Virus record (IMG/VR): IMGVR_UViG_3300037882_000695
Span: 1 to 55,756 of that record
DNA from: a virus
Taxonomy: Duplodnaviria; Caudoviricetes
Length of the DNA stretch: 55,756 nucleotides
Direction: 5' to 3' (one strand)
Position 1 is the first letter of the stretch; each line of letters begins with the position of its first letter. The position numbers were made by a program, and so were the translations under genes. The notes below the pieces were generated by a model. The model was not told the origin of the DNA, made no database searches, and saw only the letters and a list, made by a program, of their open reading frames with translations. Positions 45,058-55,315 of the stretch are shown here, one piece after another.

Positions 45058-45500
45058 CAGATTTCGCTTTCCATATTTGCTTTCAATGACTCTTGCTTTG
45101 CCTTCCACGCTTCCCAATTTGGACCTGGAAGGTAAGCAATCTTGCCGTCGCCCAATCCTTCGTATCCGGCAATCACGCCGTCGAAGAATAGTTTTCGGTC
45201 TTCAGGATCGTGAATGCCGAGCGAATCGGCCTTGTATGACAGCTCCAGTTTCGCGCGGTCTTCTGGCGTCATTGGCTTACACCTTGCCTCGCATTCGGCG
45301 TCTGCTGGTTTCGCCATTCCGAATTCCACGAGTCTCCAGCATTCTGGATGCTCATGAATCGTTCCTGCCGGGAAATACGCCTCTTCGCGCATTTCCCCTG
45401 TGCTCGCATTGCGAGACATCCGAGTTTTCGTTTTTGCAGCCTCTTCTGGAGTCAGCATTGACCGCTCAGTGTCGGCATCGACGAGGAATTCACATTTCAT
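45057..45500 (-). CDS. Hypothetical tail-region protein
   Basis: Lies between the tail tube and chaperone genes. Confidence 0.65.
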   Translation of the reverse strand: MKCEFLVDADTERSMLTPEEAAKTKTRMSRNASTGEMREEAYFPAGTIHEHPECWRLVEFGMAKPADAECEARCKPMTPEDRAKLELSYKADSLGIHDPEDRKLFFDGVIAGYEGLGDGKIAYLPGPNWEAWKAKQESLKANMESEI

Positions 45501-45515
45501 CGTGGATCAGCCTTG

Positions 45516-45920
45516 TCAGGATGGTGCGCCGCTGGTCGTGTACTCAACGTCAGCCATGATTGGCTTTCCAGGGTCGACCTTTTTGCCGATCGAGATACCG
45601 ACAACCGAATACACCGCGCTTGTCGGTCCTGCGTCGGTATACGTCACCTTGAAATTGTTTGGATTGGTGCGACTGGCAAGATTTGTGTACGTCGCATGGC
45701 TTGGATCATAAAAACCGCTGGTCTTTATCGTTGGCGGTTCCGTGTATCCAGTCCAGTCTTTTGTCTTGAATTGGCCGCCATCAAGAGTCACGGTATCAAC
45801 GACTTCATCCTTTTCGCCGCTGATATCGATAGAGGTAAGACCGGCCTGTGCGACATAGGCAGACGTGACGTATTGCGCGAACACGACACCCTTGCTTTTG
45901 CATTTGACGAGTGCTGGCAT
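45516..45920 (-). CDS. Major tail tube protein
   Basis: SIDISGE..EVVDTVTLD...G..YDP...TTSGAP pattern and position. Confidence 0.7.
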   Translation of the reverse strand: MPALVKCKSKGVVFAQYVTSAYVAQAGLTSIDISGEKDEVVDTVTLDGGQFKTKDWTGYTEPPTIKTSGFYDPSHATYTNLASRTNPNNFKVTYTDAGPTSAVYSVVGISIGKKVDPGKPIMADVEYTTSGAPS

Positions 45921-45922
45921 CG

Positions 45923-46321
45923 CTATTTTCCTTTACGAAGAATTGAATTGATTTTTTTTTGAGCAGCACGTTCCGCCGCGTTCAGTGCAATCGCCAACGC
46001 TGCTTCCATCGCCATCGAGATCGTGTGCCGCGCCACGATGTATTTCGTTCCAAGTTCCAAAAACACGCCGTGTGGACCTCGCCGACCTCGCACTGGCATA
46101 GCCAGCAGCCCAACTCTCGATATCAGTTGCTCGCCCTGCGTTTTGACGTATCCGCCGATTTCTTTTTTGATATTTCCGAGAGCGACATTTACCGCCGCTC
46201 GTTTCAACACCCCAACAAACGCCCACGATGCAGACCGCGCGATGTCAGATCCCGAACCTGCAACATCGTTCAAATCTTCCTGTATGGCGCTGATGTCCCG
46301 CAAAAATGTGTCATCGGCCAT
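45923..46321 (-). CDS. HK97 gp10-like tail completion protein
   Basis: HGVFLELGTKYI.ARH motif. Confidence 0.65.
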   Translation of the reverse strand: MADDTFLRDISAIQEDLNDVAGSGSDIARSASWAFVGVLKRAAVNVALGNIKKEIGGYVKTQGEQLISRVGLLAMPVRGRRGPHGVFLELGTKYIVARHTISMAMEAALAIALNAAERAAQKKINSILRKGK

Positions 46322-46776
46322 TAACTCGCTCCGACTTCGACTCGCAGGATGATTGACGCCAGAAACACGCCACGATCCCTCAGCGCGTCCTTGTCTGGTT
46401 TCTGCTTCGCATCCTGGTCGCATTCCCAGACCCTCACCCGCTTATCTGTCGTGTCGTAGTTATTGCATCTGTCAAACACCTGCCGCGTGAACAACTTCAA
46501 ATCGTCAATCGCTCGCGGTTCGATGTTCGTCAGCTTGGATCTAACGTAGATTCGTATCTCGTGGCTCGTAACATCCGTCACAGCGAGCGTTTCAACTCGC
46601 TGCTCTTCCGTCACTGGAACCACAGTCACCATGACGTGACTCGTCACATTTTCGAGCGGGTCGATTATCTCTTCCATGTACTCAGCATCGCTGAACGCAA
46701 TGCCATAATTCCCGCTGTTAATTCGTGCGATCAACGCTTGGCAGGCTTCGATGGACGGATCGATTGTGATCGTCAT
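46321..46776 (-). CDS. Tail terminator-like protein
   Basis: Position in the neck module and size. Confidence 0.5.
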   Translation of the reverse strand: MTITIDPSIEACQALIARINSGNYGIAFSDAEYMEEIIDPLENVTSHVMVTVVPVTEEQRVETLAVTDVTSHEIRIYVRSKLTNIEPRAIDDLKLFTRQVFDRCNNYDTTDKRVRVWECDQDAKQKPDKDALRDRGVFLASIILRVEVGAS

Positions 46777-47108
46777 TTCACGTCACTCGCTGTTGCATCG
46801 CCTGCGTAAAATGTGCACTCAACCTTCACTGCCTCTTTCATCTTAAAATGGATTTTCAATTCCATAACGCCAGATGGCTGTGGAATAGCACCCCAGATTC
46901 GTGTCAGAAGATCCTGGAATACTGGCTCCACCCACAATTCCTTTCCTGTCATGCCTGAGGAATATGTAACATCATTCCTGATCACCACCACACTTTCCGG
47001 GTGAACAACAATCGACAACGACGTAGCTGCATCACGCTGCACCTTCAGTAACTCACAAACTGCAACCAGCTCTGGCCATGCCCACATTTTTTTAGACGAT
47101 ACTTTCAC
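46773..47108 (-). CDS. Hypothetical protein
   Basis: Coupled ORF inside the neck module. Confidence 0.5.
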   Translation of the reverse strand: MKVSSKKMWAWPELVAVCELLKVQRDAATSLSIVVHPESVVVIRNDVTYSSGMTGKELWVEPVFQDLLTRIWGAIPQPSGVMELKIHFKMKEAVKVECTFYAGDATASDVK

Positions 47109-47449
47109 GAATGCACCTGTTTCGCGTGGATGTGGATCATTCCACTACTCACATAAAAGCACTTGTCGCTCACCGGCTGAACCTCAAATGTACCTGTCAC
47201 ATTGGTCAGTCGATCAAACTTTTGCGGATCTCCAAATGACCCCATAGAAGCGTACTCACCGACAAATTCAACAAGCGATATTTCCGTGACCAGACCACTC
47301 CCGTTATCCGAGATAGCCGCAGAGTCGTCTCGAATAAACGTCATCGTCGTTGATGTCGCTCCGCGTGAGTATGTAAACGACTCGGCGAAGTGATCCGTCT
47401 GCAGAAACACCGTGCTGACGTGTTCTTCAATTTGCTGCGTCAGGCTCAT
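47105..47449 (-). CDS. Head-tail joining (gpFII-like) protein
   Basis: FAESFTY...DPQKFDRL...FEV pattern and position. Confidence 0.6.
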   Translation of the reverse strand: MSLTQQIEEHVSTVFLQTDHFAESFTYSRGATSTTMTFIRDDSAAISDNGSGLVTEISLVEFVGEYASMGSFGDPQKFDRLTNVTGTFEVQPVSDKCFYVSSGMIHIHAKQVHS

Positions 47450-47690
47450 TGGATTCCGATTCCGATTGCCGGTCGATCAGTTCAATCTTCCCGTTTTCTC
47501 TTACCTTGCAAAACCTCAGCGCCTGCCCGATGTCCTTTTCAATAAGTCTCGCGGTTCTTGGGTCGATCTCGACAGGTTCACCAGGGCTGAACACTAACTG
47601 CGACGGAACTTTGCCAATGATTACCGTGCGTCGAAACTGTCCCGGCCAGTTCTCGCGGAGAACTACCAGCGACCTTCCTTTATCTGCCAT
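47427..47690 (-). CDS. Hypothetical protein after the capsid gene
   Basis: GAGGAG RBS. Confidence 0.6.
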   Translation of the reverse strand: MADKGRSLVVLRENWPGQFRRTVIIGKVPSQLVFSPGEPVEIDPRTARLIEKDIGQALRFCKVRENGKIELIDRQSESESNEPDAAN

Positions 47691-47714
47691 GTGACAATTC
47701 TCCTCAGGAGACTC

Positions 47715-47745
47715 AAAAGCAGGGGCGGGCCGAAGCCTACCCCTG
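47715..47745 (-). terminator. Intrinsic terminator after the major capsid gene
   Basis: CAGGGGTAGGC-TTCG-GCCCGCCCCTG followed by CTTTT. Confidence 0.75.
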
Positions 47746-47766
47746 TGAACATTCCATCGCCATCGA

Positions 47767-48693
47767 TCACGTAAATGTGGTCTGAACAGCGGTCCACCAA
47801 GCGAGATACCCGATGTTGTAGCGAGCCTCGGTCATGAATTTCACGTCCTTGACTTCAATATCATCCAGGCCCTTCATCTGCCGCGTCAGCGGTTCGCGCT
47901 TCTGGAACACCATCGGCTTAAGAATGGCGTTAGTGTTGAACAGGTAGAATACCGCTGCGTCAGTCAATTGTGGTGCAACAACAATCTTTGGAGCATCAAT
48001 AACGATGTTGGTGTTCCCGCCGCCGAACAGCGCAGACGTCAACCCTTCGTACGCTGCCAGTTCCATGTCTGGCGGAACCAAGCACACCAAGTCCGACATC
48101 TTCTTGATGGATGGCCGATTCAGGAACTTGCCTTGGTCGTTCTTGAACTTAATCATCGCGGTCCGCGCCGCATGAAACGCCGTGCGGAACTCGGCGGATG
48201 TTGGCGCTGTACCTGTCGCAGCGGTTGCCGTCAACGCGTTGCTTTGCGATCCACTATCACCCCACGAGTGATCTGAATCGAAGAAATACTGCCCATCGAA
48301 GCAGACACCGGAAGCCCCAGCCCCGTTTGTCAGCGCCGTAAAAAACAGCTCATCTGGGTGGAACGCGGCTTCCTCCCCGAGCGTTTCCATCAGCGGTCCG
48401 TACATCGCCATGCGATCATCGGCAATATCGGTTTTCTTGATGGCGAGGGACGATTCCCACAGCTTGTTTTCAATCGTGAACTTTCCGGCGCGGAGCTCCT
48501 TAAACTGACGGTCTCCGAGCCATTCACGAATGCCAGGCATATTGCCAAGCAGACCATATTCTTCGTTGAGTCCGTCGCTTGGTACTTCCGTGCAGAACAT
48601 CGGCCATAACGGATCTGCCGTCATGACGCGATTGTCGAATTTCTTGGTCAGAGACCGTAGCGTGACTACAGCCTTGGCGGTGTCGATTGCCAT
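47767..48693 (-). CDS. Major capsid protein, Mu gpT-like
   Basis: YG.LG.MP.IREW.GDR, CFDGQYFFDSDH, KPMVFQ.R, RYNIGY..W. Confidence 0.9.
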   Translation of the reverse strand: MAIDTAKAVVTLRSLTKKFDNRVMTADPLWPMFCTEVPSDGLNEEYGLLGNMPGIREWLGDRQFKELRAGKFTIENKLWESSLAIKKTDIADDRMAMYGPLMETLGEEAAFHPDELFFTALTNGAGASGVCFDGQYFFDSDHSWGDSGSQSNALTATAATGTAPTSAEFRTAFHAARTAMIKFKNDQGKFLNRPSIKKMSDLVCLVPPDMELAAYEGLTSALFGGGNTNIVIDAPKIVVAPQLTDAAVFYLFNTNAILKPMVFQKREPLTRQMKGLDDIEVKDVKFMTEARYNIGYLAWWTAVQTTFT

Positions 48694-48804
48694 GTGGGTT
48701 CCCTTTATGAACCCGTGTCAGGTAATAAATCTCAAACAAAACTCTGCGTCAGGTAAGCCGGGGCGATGCCTCGCTGGTCCGGCTCTCCTGACACGGAGAC
48801 AGAA

Positions 48805-49404
48805 TTACTTCAAGCGGGCCTCGAGGTCGAGGACTCGCTGTTGCAGGTTTTTGATGACGTAGAGCAGGGTGATTGCTTCGGCTTGTGTTGCTAGTCCGTA
48901 CGGTGATGATGTGGTGAGCGCCTGAAGCGCGTAGTCTGGCGTCCCCGCCGCGTCCGCAATGGTGATTGTGGTGAGTGGCGCGACTTCCAGAGCCCCGACC
49001 CCACTCGGCTTGATAGCCACGATGTGTTTCGTGGAGCTAACGTACCGCACCACGGTACCGATGCGAACGCTGGTTGCGCCGAGTGCAACAACGCATGCGT
49101 AGTTGTCGTCTGCGTAAATCGGCATACCGACATCTGTTTGCGCGAATCCGGTGCCGACGAGTTCGAAGTTACCCTCGCGGTACACCTCAACTTCAATAGC
49201 GCCGTCTGCGCCGCTGGTGTTGTCTGCTTCGGCAACCGCAATGCCCACAAATGCGTTTACGCCAGTCGCTGTGACGTCACAGGCGTAGCCCGCTGCGTTC
49301 ACAAACACCAGTGTGCCCTGATAGATTCGCGTCGACTCTTCCACGGGGTAGGATGCTCGGACCCCATCCTGTCGCTTGATCATTTGATTGGCAGTGACTG
49401 CCAT
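48805..49404 (-). CDS. Capsid decoration/cement protein with C-terminal coiled coil
   Basis: FVGIA..EADNTSGADG...DVG..IYADD; lies between protease and capsid genes. Confidence 0.7.
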   Translation of the reverse strand: MAVTANQMIKRQDGVRASYPVEESTRIYQGTLVFVNAAGYACDVTATGVNAFVGIAVAEADNTSGADGAIEVEVYREGNFELVGTGFAQTDVGMPIYADDNYACVVALGATSVRIGTVVRYVSSTKHIVAIKPSGVGALEVAPLTTITIADAAGTPDYALQALTTSSPYGLATQAEAITLLYVIKNLQQRVLDLEARLK

Positions 49405-49459
49405 AATTCACGCTCCTTTGATGATTGAAAAACGAATGTGATTGCTCTTGTGGAGCGTG

Positions 49460-50635
49460 TTACGTGGCCTTCGTGAACTGCAGCGAGTCAAGACCATCGT
49501 CAATGCGTCGCATCTGGACATACTCATCTTCGGTGAAATCCTTGGCGTAGGCCGGAGTGTTCTTAAACTCCTGCCGATACTTGTCGTTACCGTCGTCCTT
49601 TTTCTTTTCGTCGCCAGCAGCTCCGCCTTCATCGCCGATTGGCTTTGAGTCAGCACAAAGCGCGGCGAACAGTTTCTGCTGCGCCAGTTCGATGGTCATT
49701 GCTTCGTCTTCGCACAACTTTGCGGCCATTCCTGGACGCTTGGCCTGCGCACAGAGAGCGGCAATTTTCGTTTGACGTTCACGCTCCTGCTTAACTCCCT
49801 GCGCTTTCATCTCTGCAGAGTCCACCTCTGTTTCGCCGCCTTTCTGTTCCGCAAGCAACGCCATCGCCGCCTCAAGATCAGACTTCAGTGACGCCAATTG
49901 AGATTCCAGGGAAGCGACTTGCGTTTTCAGGGTTTCGACATCCGGGCTAGCGCTCGTGGTGTCTGTCGTGCCTGCGCCACTCGTGGTGTCGGCCATTGTG
50001 ATGGTTCCTTTGAACTGAAAAGATTGCAGCCGCTGCTGAACCCACTCGGGAGCCTTCGCAAACTGCTTTAACTCGAAACTTGCCGAAAGAGCTTTGTTCG
50101 GCGAGATTGCGTCGATGAATCCCGCTTTTTTCGCGTCTTCAGCGGAATACCAGGTTTCCTGTTTCATCGCCGAGCGGATATCACTCTCCGACATTCGCGA
50201 CCGTGCGGCATAGATGCCAACGGAACTAGTTGTGACCGTTTCCAGCAACGCTGCCGTCGCCAGCATGTCGTCAGCAGTTCCAACGCTCACGCAGGACGGT
50301 TCATGAATCATAAAGATGGCATTTTCAGCCATCGTGATCACATCTCCCGCCATTGCAATTACTGTCGCAATCGAGGCCGCGATTCCATCAATGAACACGT
50401 TAATTTTCGCACCGTGGTTCTTCAGTGCGTTGTAGATCGTCAACCCTGCAAACACGTCTCCACCATTCGAGCTAATGCGAACATCAATGCTGTCTACTGG
50501 GCCAAGGCTGGCAAGTGATGTTGCAAAGCTGTTGGCTGACACTCCTCCACACACCCACCCCTCTCCAATGTCTTCGTAGATGACAATTTCCGCCGCTCTA
50601 TCGGCTTTCATCTGAATTCGGTTTAGTCCGCTCAT
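49460..50635 (-). CDS. ClpP-type prohead protease/scaffold
   Basis: SNGGDV, DGIAASIATVI (Ser), FMIHEP (His); coiled-coil C-terminus. Confidence 0.9.
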   Translation of the reverse strand: MSGLNRIQMKADRAAEIVIYEDIGEGWVCGGVSANSFATSLASLGPVDSIDVRISSNGGDVFAGLTIYNALKNHGAKINVFIDGIAASIATVIAMAGDVITMAENAIFMIHEPSCVSVGTADDMLATAALLETVTTSSVGIYAARSRMSESDIRSAMKQETWYSAEDAKKAGFIDAISPNKALSASFELKQFAKAPEWVQQRLQSFQFKGTITMADTTSGAGTTDTTSASPDVETLKTQVASLESQLASLKSDLEAAMALLAEQKGGETEVDSAEMKAQGVKQERERQTKIAALCAQAKRPGMAAKLCEDEAMTIELAQQKLFAALCADSKPIGDEGGAAGDEKKKDDGNDKYRQEFKNTPAYAKDFTEDEYVQMRRIDDGLDSLQFTKAT

Positions 50636-52293
50636 GCCACAAGCTCCGTTTGCAGTTGGGATTGCTGGGCATTGACTGACTGTGCGTCTGCAATTGCCAT
50701 TTGGCTCGGGACAATTTTTCCATCACGTTCCATCGCGCGCTCTTTTGTTCGCTGCTTAAACACAACCTCAAGATCCTGTTGATCTTCGGCGAGCGTGTCC
50801 GCGACTGTCGCGAGGTTATTGTCAATTGCCGTCACCTTGGCGTTGATTTCTTCACCAGGCGTCAGCGCGTACGACCATCGCTGACCAGTCCATGTGTGCT
50901 GGTTGAACCAGAATCGATGGTCGCGATACGCCCGTGGGTCGATATTCACAGCGCCGACGATCACCGCTTCCTCAACCATCCGATTCCACCAGGGACACAG
51001 CAGCCCTTCGGCAATCAGCTTCTGGAAACTTCTCACGCTGAGTTTTGCGGAATTCAGAACGATGCGACCGCCAGCGAATGAGACGCCGCGCCAGTCCTTC
51101 ATGAGCATTTCGTACGGCCAGTTCAGCGCCGCCGCGATGGTTCGGTTGTTGTATTCGGCAAGTGATCCCACTGAGTTTGTTTTCGTGGGATTCGCAAAGA
51201 CGATTTCCTCGTTTTCGCCGATGTACTGAATGCGACCGGGGCTAAGATCCTGAATTCGCTGACCACTCGCATTTGTTGACGATGCGTTGCCGACAGCGCG
51301 GTCAAGGGGGTTCGTCTTCGTCTTCACGAACGCGCTGAAACACGCCTCAACCTGAGCGGCGATAATCCCGGCTTCCGACAGATCCTTGCCGTCTTTCGCA
51401 CGGTTAAGAGCGCGTGTCATCCACGGCAAACCGCGAGACTGCCCAGCGAACCACTCGACGAAGATGTGACAGACACGACTGGCGGGAACCAGTTCGTACT
51501 GCAGGTCAGTATCCTTGGTGTCGTACGGATGCGTTTTGCGAATCCAGTAGCCGACGATTTCTTTTCGCGCGTTGAACTGTACGCCCATTCGACACAACGT
51601 CCACGCGCGATCGAGTGGAACGCCAGACGTGATGAGATACGCTCGTGCTTCCGGCACGTTACTCGCAGATTCAAACGAAGATGGCGTTTCCAACCGATCA
51701 ACGTCAATCACCTCTACCACGAGAGGGACCGGTGCCTCAGCATGGGCGGTATCGCTGAACACAACCAATGCTTCGCCATCCGTATCGATGTTTCGGCAGA
51801 CAAGACAGGTCTTTGCCCACAGGCTTCGCTTGCGTCCACGGCAGGCGATTGGAGCCACCTGCGCGTAAACTCGTTCCAGTTGATTATTGATTTCCTCGGC
51901 CTGTGCGTCGTTAATCACGCCCGGAATGGCCGAGACGCGAGCCTGCACAGTGAACCCCGTTCCGACGACATGTTCAACGCGAGAGTCAATGGCACCGCCA
52001 ATAAAATCATTGCGGTACAGTTCGCGGCTGTTTCGGCGGGTTGTGTCGAGATCGATTTCCAGCGTAGAGTCTGCCGACAATCGCGAACCAATCCATCGAC
52101 CGGCGCGAAGCCGATCAGCTTCCGCAGACTCAAACGCGGATGACTGACGCGGTCGCTGACGGCGGAATTGTGAATCAGCATCTTGAGACGCCTCAAACAT
52201 CTTGCGGACAGCCATTCGTCGCGCACCCCACTCTGGAGCGATGGCATAAGCCATTGCGTCAAGAGCGTTATTGATGCTGCTGCGAATGTTCAT
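50632..52293 (-). CDS. Portal protein, lambda family
   Basis: SRELYRND, VVGTG, GQSRGLPW, YEML..D...VSF. Confidence 0.9.
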   Translation of the reverse strand: MNIRSSINNALDAMAYAIAPEWGARRMAVRKMFEASQDADSQFRRQRPRQSSAFESAEADRLRAGRWIGSRLSADSTLEIDLDTTRRNSRELYRNDFIGGAIDSRVEHVVGTGFTVQARVSAIPGVINDAQAEEINNQLERVYAQVAPIACRGRKRSLWAKTCLVCRNIDTDGEALVVFSDTAHAEAPVPLVVEVIDVDRLETPSSFESASNVPEARAYLITSGVPLDRAWTLCRMGVQFNARKEIVGYWIRKTHPYDTKDTDLQYELVPASRVCHIFVEWFAGQSRGLPWMTRALNRAKDGKDLSEAGIIAAQVEACFSAFVKTKTNPLDRAVGNASSTNASGQRIQDLSPGRIQYIGENEEIVFANPTKTNSVGSLAEYNNRTIAAALNWPYEMLMKDWRGVSFAGGRIVLNSAKLSVRSFQKLIAEGLLCPWWNRMVEEAVIVGAVNIDPRAYRDHRFWFNQHTWTGQRWSYALTPGEEINAKVTAIDNNLATVADTLAEDQQDLEVVFKQRTKERAMERDGKIVPSQMAIADAQSVNAQQSQLQTELVA

Positions 52294-52520
52294 CGGCGCG
52301 AGAACCCGGCAAGGTTATATGTGTCGCCACTGCTTGCGGCCCCGACTTCTTGCTGGAGATCACTTCGCATTTGTCGAAGTTTGTCCAGATCCGCTGCCGT
52401 GTAAGAGCGACCCGCAATCGTGTACGCCTGCGAGCCTGCAATGAGTGCCGCGATGGCCGAGTTCGTCAGAGACAGTAACTCAGCTGCAGAGTACTCGTAG
52501 GTAGCGGTGAGCTTGGCCAT
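52290..52520 (-). CDS. gpW-like head completion protein
   Basis: QAYTIAGRSYTAADL..L; between TerL and portal. Confidence 0.75.
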   Translation of the reverse strand: MAKLTATYEYSAAELLSLTNSAIAALIAGSQAYTIAGRSYTAADLDKLRQMRSDLQQEVGAASSGDTYNLAGFSRR

Positions 52521-52577
52521 GTCGCCACTGTACGCGCATGGCCCCCCGCGAGAGAAGATGCGGTTTGATGGTCTGTA

Positions 52578-52811
52578 CTAGGTGTTGGTACGGCAGCCAT
52601 CGTCAATTATGCTGACGGGCCATTTGTTGTTGCCAGGCTTTCCGTGGCACTTTGCACACTCCAAGTACCGGATAACGTGCGAGTCGCTTTTTTTGTTGCA
52701 GTAGACTCGCATGCACCCCGTACATCCCTCGCAGTGACATCGATCACCGGGGAGTGGCCCGCCGTCGTCCCGCTTTTGAATCAACCGACTAAGCTGCAAT
52801 CGCGAAACCAT
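52578..52811 (-). CDS. Zinc-ribbon protein (Ogr/Delta-like)
   Basis: CEGCTGCMRVY...IRYLECAKC. Confidence 0.6.
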   Translation of the reverse strand: MVSRLQLSRLIQKRDDGGPLPGDRCHCEGCTGCMRVYCNKKSDSHVIRYLECAKCHGKPGNNKWPVSIIDDGCRTNT

Positions 52812-52814
52812 TTC

Positions 52815-54749
52815 TCACCTCCTGATCCAACTGGATGACGTTTGACGCACGAACCCCTGCGATGATGGCTGATTACTTACTGGATTTGATGGCAATTCTC
52901 CCCTTGATGGCAGTCCATTTGATTCAATCCACAGACGACCCAGGCAGATTCCGTACTTGACAGCATCGCGCCAGTCGTTCGGCTGCGACTCTTCTTTTTT
53001 GACCCACAACAAGCGAGGGTTGCCGCGCGAGTCAACCTTGTCAGCCAGCACGGCATTGCACAACTGCGCCATGAATTCAGTGTCGTTGCCAGAGCCGACC
53101 GCCAGAGTGAGCGACCCCGGCTCATTGGCGAGGCGTTCGTCCAGCATCGTCTGCAAGGCGGTTTCCCAAAAGTCCGTATTGACCATCAAAAGTGATTGCC
53201 CGTCCGATTCCGTGCGAGACTTGTCGTCAAGGACAGATAGTCGATACGGAAGGTTCCCCAAGTCACCGGACGATCCTTTGCAGGCCAGCACCCCGGTATG
53301 CGCATTACAAAAATCGTACGTTTGCTTCGTCGCCCAACCTGAATCAATTGCATTGATAGTCGGCGTCATGTTGAGACCACCATCAGCGTGCTTGTACTGG
53401 CGGCGAATGACCTTTTCCCAGACCTCGACTAACGATTCCGCGATTCCGTGCTCAATTTCCCAGACACGATCGTCAGCACCATGCGCCAGCACCACCCATG
53501 GACAGAACCCGCCATCTGCCTGCTGACGGTCGACCGTCACCGTGAGGAACCTGCCGCCAACCGGAACGACGCCCCTTGCTGTCGCCCCTTGAATTCGCTC
53601 GGCAATTCGTTCTGGCGTCGTCTTCGTGCGGACAATTTCCCACGTTTCCGCCATGTAAGAATTTACAACGTCCTGCAAATCCCCTGGACGTCTCTTTGCC
53701 CGAATGAACGCCCGCGCGAAACTGCCCCATGTCTCCGTCAATGCGTACCAGCTTGGAAGCGGACCAAATCCGACCACATCCGACCCCGCGCGAGTTGCGG
53801 TACCGACGATCTCACCGAAGTTGTTGACCGTACAGCCATCTGGACACCAGACGCCCTTGCGTAGCATTGGAACACGATGATAATTCTCAATTCTGCCGAG
53901 ACACTTTTCACACTCATACCACGCCGTCCGATAGGAAATGTCAGGATCGCTCTGCCCAGACTCGTCGCGATCCCATCGAAAACCTCCCGGAGTATCAGCG
54001 TCACCCTTCCGTAACACTTGGAACTCGCCGCAATGTGGACACGGAACATACCGCTTGTGGCGATTGGACCGTCCCATCCAATGCTCTACGCGAGACTTCC
54101 CCTTAATCGTCGGCGTCGACTCCAGAATAACTTTGTGGTCCGTGAATCCCTTGAACCGATTCAGGAACAAAGCCAGCGGGTCAGCCTCGTCGGAACTGTT
54201 CGTAGTCCATTTGTCGATCTCTATTCCATCACCAACGCGAGCCCCAACGTCTGCCAGTGACGAATCGGAGCCTGACCACGCCACGAAGATTTGGCATGCG
54301 TTCATTTTTACGTGGAATTTGTTGCGGCGGTGTTCCGGCAACAACTGGTTCTTGACGCCTTCAGTCGCGCCGAACAGAGGGTAGAGGCGAGAGTCAACAA
54401 CCCGCCCGATAGCGTCCTTGGTCGGACCAGCAATCATCATGTTTCGCGGATTGACTGCTGCGGTTTCTGCCAAGAGGGACAACCCGCTCGTGGTTTTTCC
54501 GAGTCGCGTACCCCACTGCAGGACGATAATTCTCACTGACGGATCGTCGAACGCCGCCAACACCCCGTCAACGTGCGGGAATGCTGCGAGGCTGAACGGT
54601 TGCCCGCTCGTTTCTGTCCCTGCTGGCATGACGACGTGCGACTGCAGCCACTCTGCCGAACTGACGCGCGGCGGCGGCGTGATGTACCTGGTCGCCTCCA
54701 ATCGCAGGCGAGTTTGTCCCGGCCTCGGCAGCGTGAGTGGTCGTCTCAT
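52815..54749 (-). CDS. Terminase large subunit, lambda gpA family
   Basis: Walker A WGTRLGKT, ESTPT, CPHCGEFQ, IDSG, NDWRD. Confidence 0.93.
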   Translation of the reverse strand: MRRPLTLPRPGQTRLRLEATRYITPPPRVSSAEWLQSHVVMPAGTETSGQPFSLAAFPHVDGVLAAFDDPSVRIIVLQWGTRLGKTTSGLSLLAETAAVNPRNMMIAGPTKDAIGRVVDSRLYPLFGATEGVKNQLLPEHRRNKFHVKMNACQIFVAWSGSDSSLADVGARVGDGIEIDKWTTNSSDEADPLALFLNRFKGFTDHKVILESTPTIKGKSRVEHWMGRSNRHKRYVPCPHCGEFQVLRKGDADTPGGFRWDRDESGQSDPDISYRTAWYECEKCLGRIENYHRVPMLRKGVWCPDGCTVNNFGEIVGTATRAGSDVVGFGPLPSWYALTETWGSFARAFIRAKRRPGDLQDVVNSYMAETWEIVRTKTTPERIAERIQGATARGVVPVGGRFLTVTVDRQQADGGFCPWVVLAHGADDRVWEIEHGIAESLVEVWEKVIRRQYKHADGGLNMTPTINAIDSGWATKQTYDFCNAHTGVLACKGSSGDLGNLPYRLSVLDDKSRTESDGQSLLMVNTDFWETALQTMLDERLANEPGSLTLAVGSGNDTEFMAQLCNAVLADKVDSRGNPRLLWVKKEESQPNDWRDAVKYGICLGRLWIESNGLPSRGELPSNPVSNQPSSQGFVRQTSSSWIRR

Positions 54750-55315
54750 TTGCCTTCTGGTTCATCCTCCACAATGTCAGACTCCATGCGCCTTTGAAAC
54801 GTCAGCAACACTGCCCGGCAAGTTCTATCAGTCTCTTCCCTCGCGAACTCTCGAATCTCTGGCGGTGCCGAACTGGCAATCATTCCCGGTAAAGCCATAA
54901 TTGTTTCGCGCGCCTCAATCAGTGCCGTCGATGCCCACAACTCCACGTCCTGCCGGTAGAACAACTCTCCCTTGTCCTTGGCCAGATCCAGTCTCTTTTG
55001 CTCAATCGCGATTTGCATCAACTCAGCTTCTGCTTGCTGTTTCGCGGTCTTTGCGTCCGACTGCGACAACTTCGCGTGCCGCCACTTCACGATTTCCGGC
55101 AGCGGGTATTTGCCGTCACCGCCCGGCATTGGAGGTGATTCGAGCCGCCACTGCTTCACAGTCTGAACCGACAAACCGAAGAATTCCGCAACTTCGGATA
55201 GCGTTGATGCCACCCATTTTGATGAGTCAGCCGACGCAGGTTTCAGTAACGCCGCCAAAGACTCCAATTCTTCTGGGGTTTTCGCCGCGTCAATCTGTTC
55301 CAGCAGTGTTGGCAA
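54746..55315 (-). CDS. Terminase small subunit (Nu1-like)
   Basis: N-terminal HTH LSEVAEFFGLSVQTVKQW..MP, coiled coil, coupled to TerL. Confidence 0.85.
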   Translation of the reverse strand: MPTLLEQIDAAKTPEELESLAALLKPASADSSKWVASTLSEVAEFFGLSVQTVKQWRLESPPMPGGDGKYPLPEIVKWRHAKLSQSDAKTAKQQAEAELMQIAIEQKRLDLAKDKGELFYRQDVELWASTALIEARETIMALPGMIASSAPPEIREFAREETDRTCRAVLLTFQRRMESDIVEDEPEGK

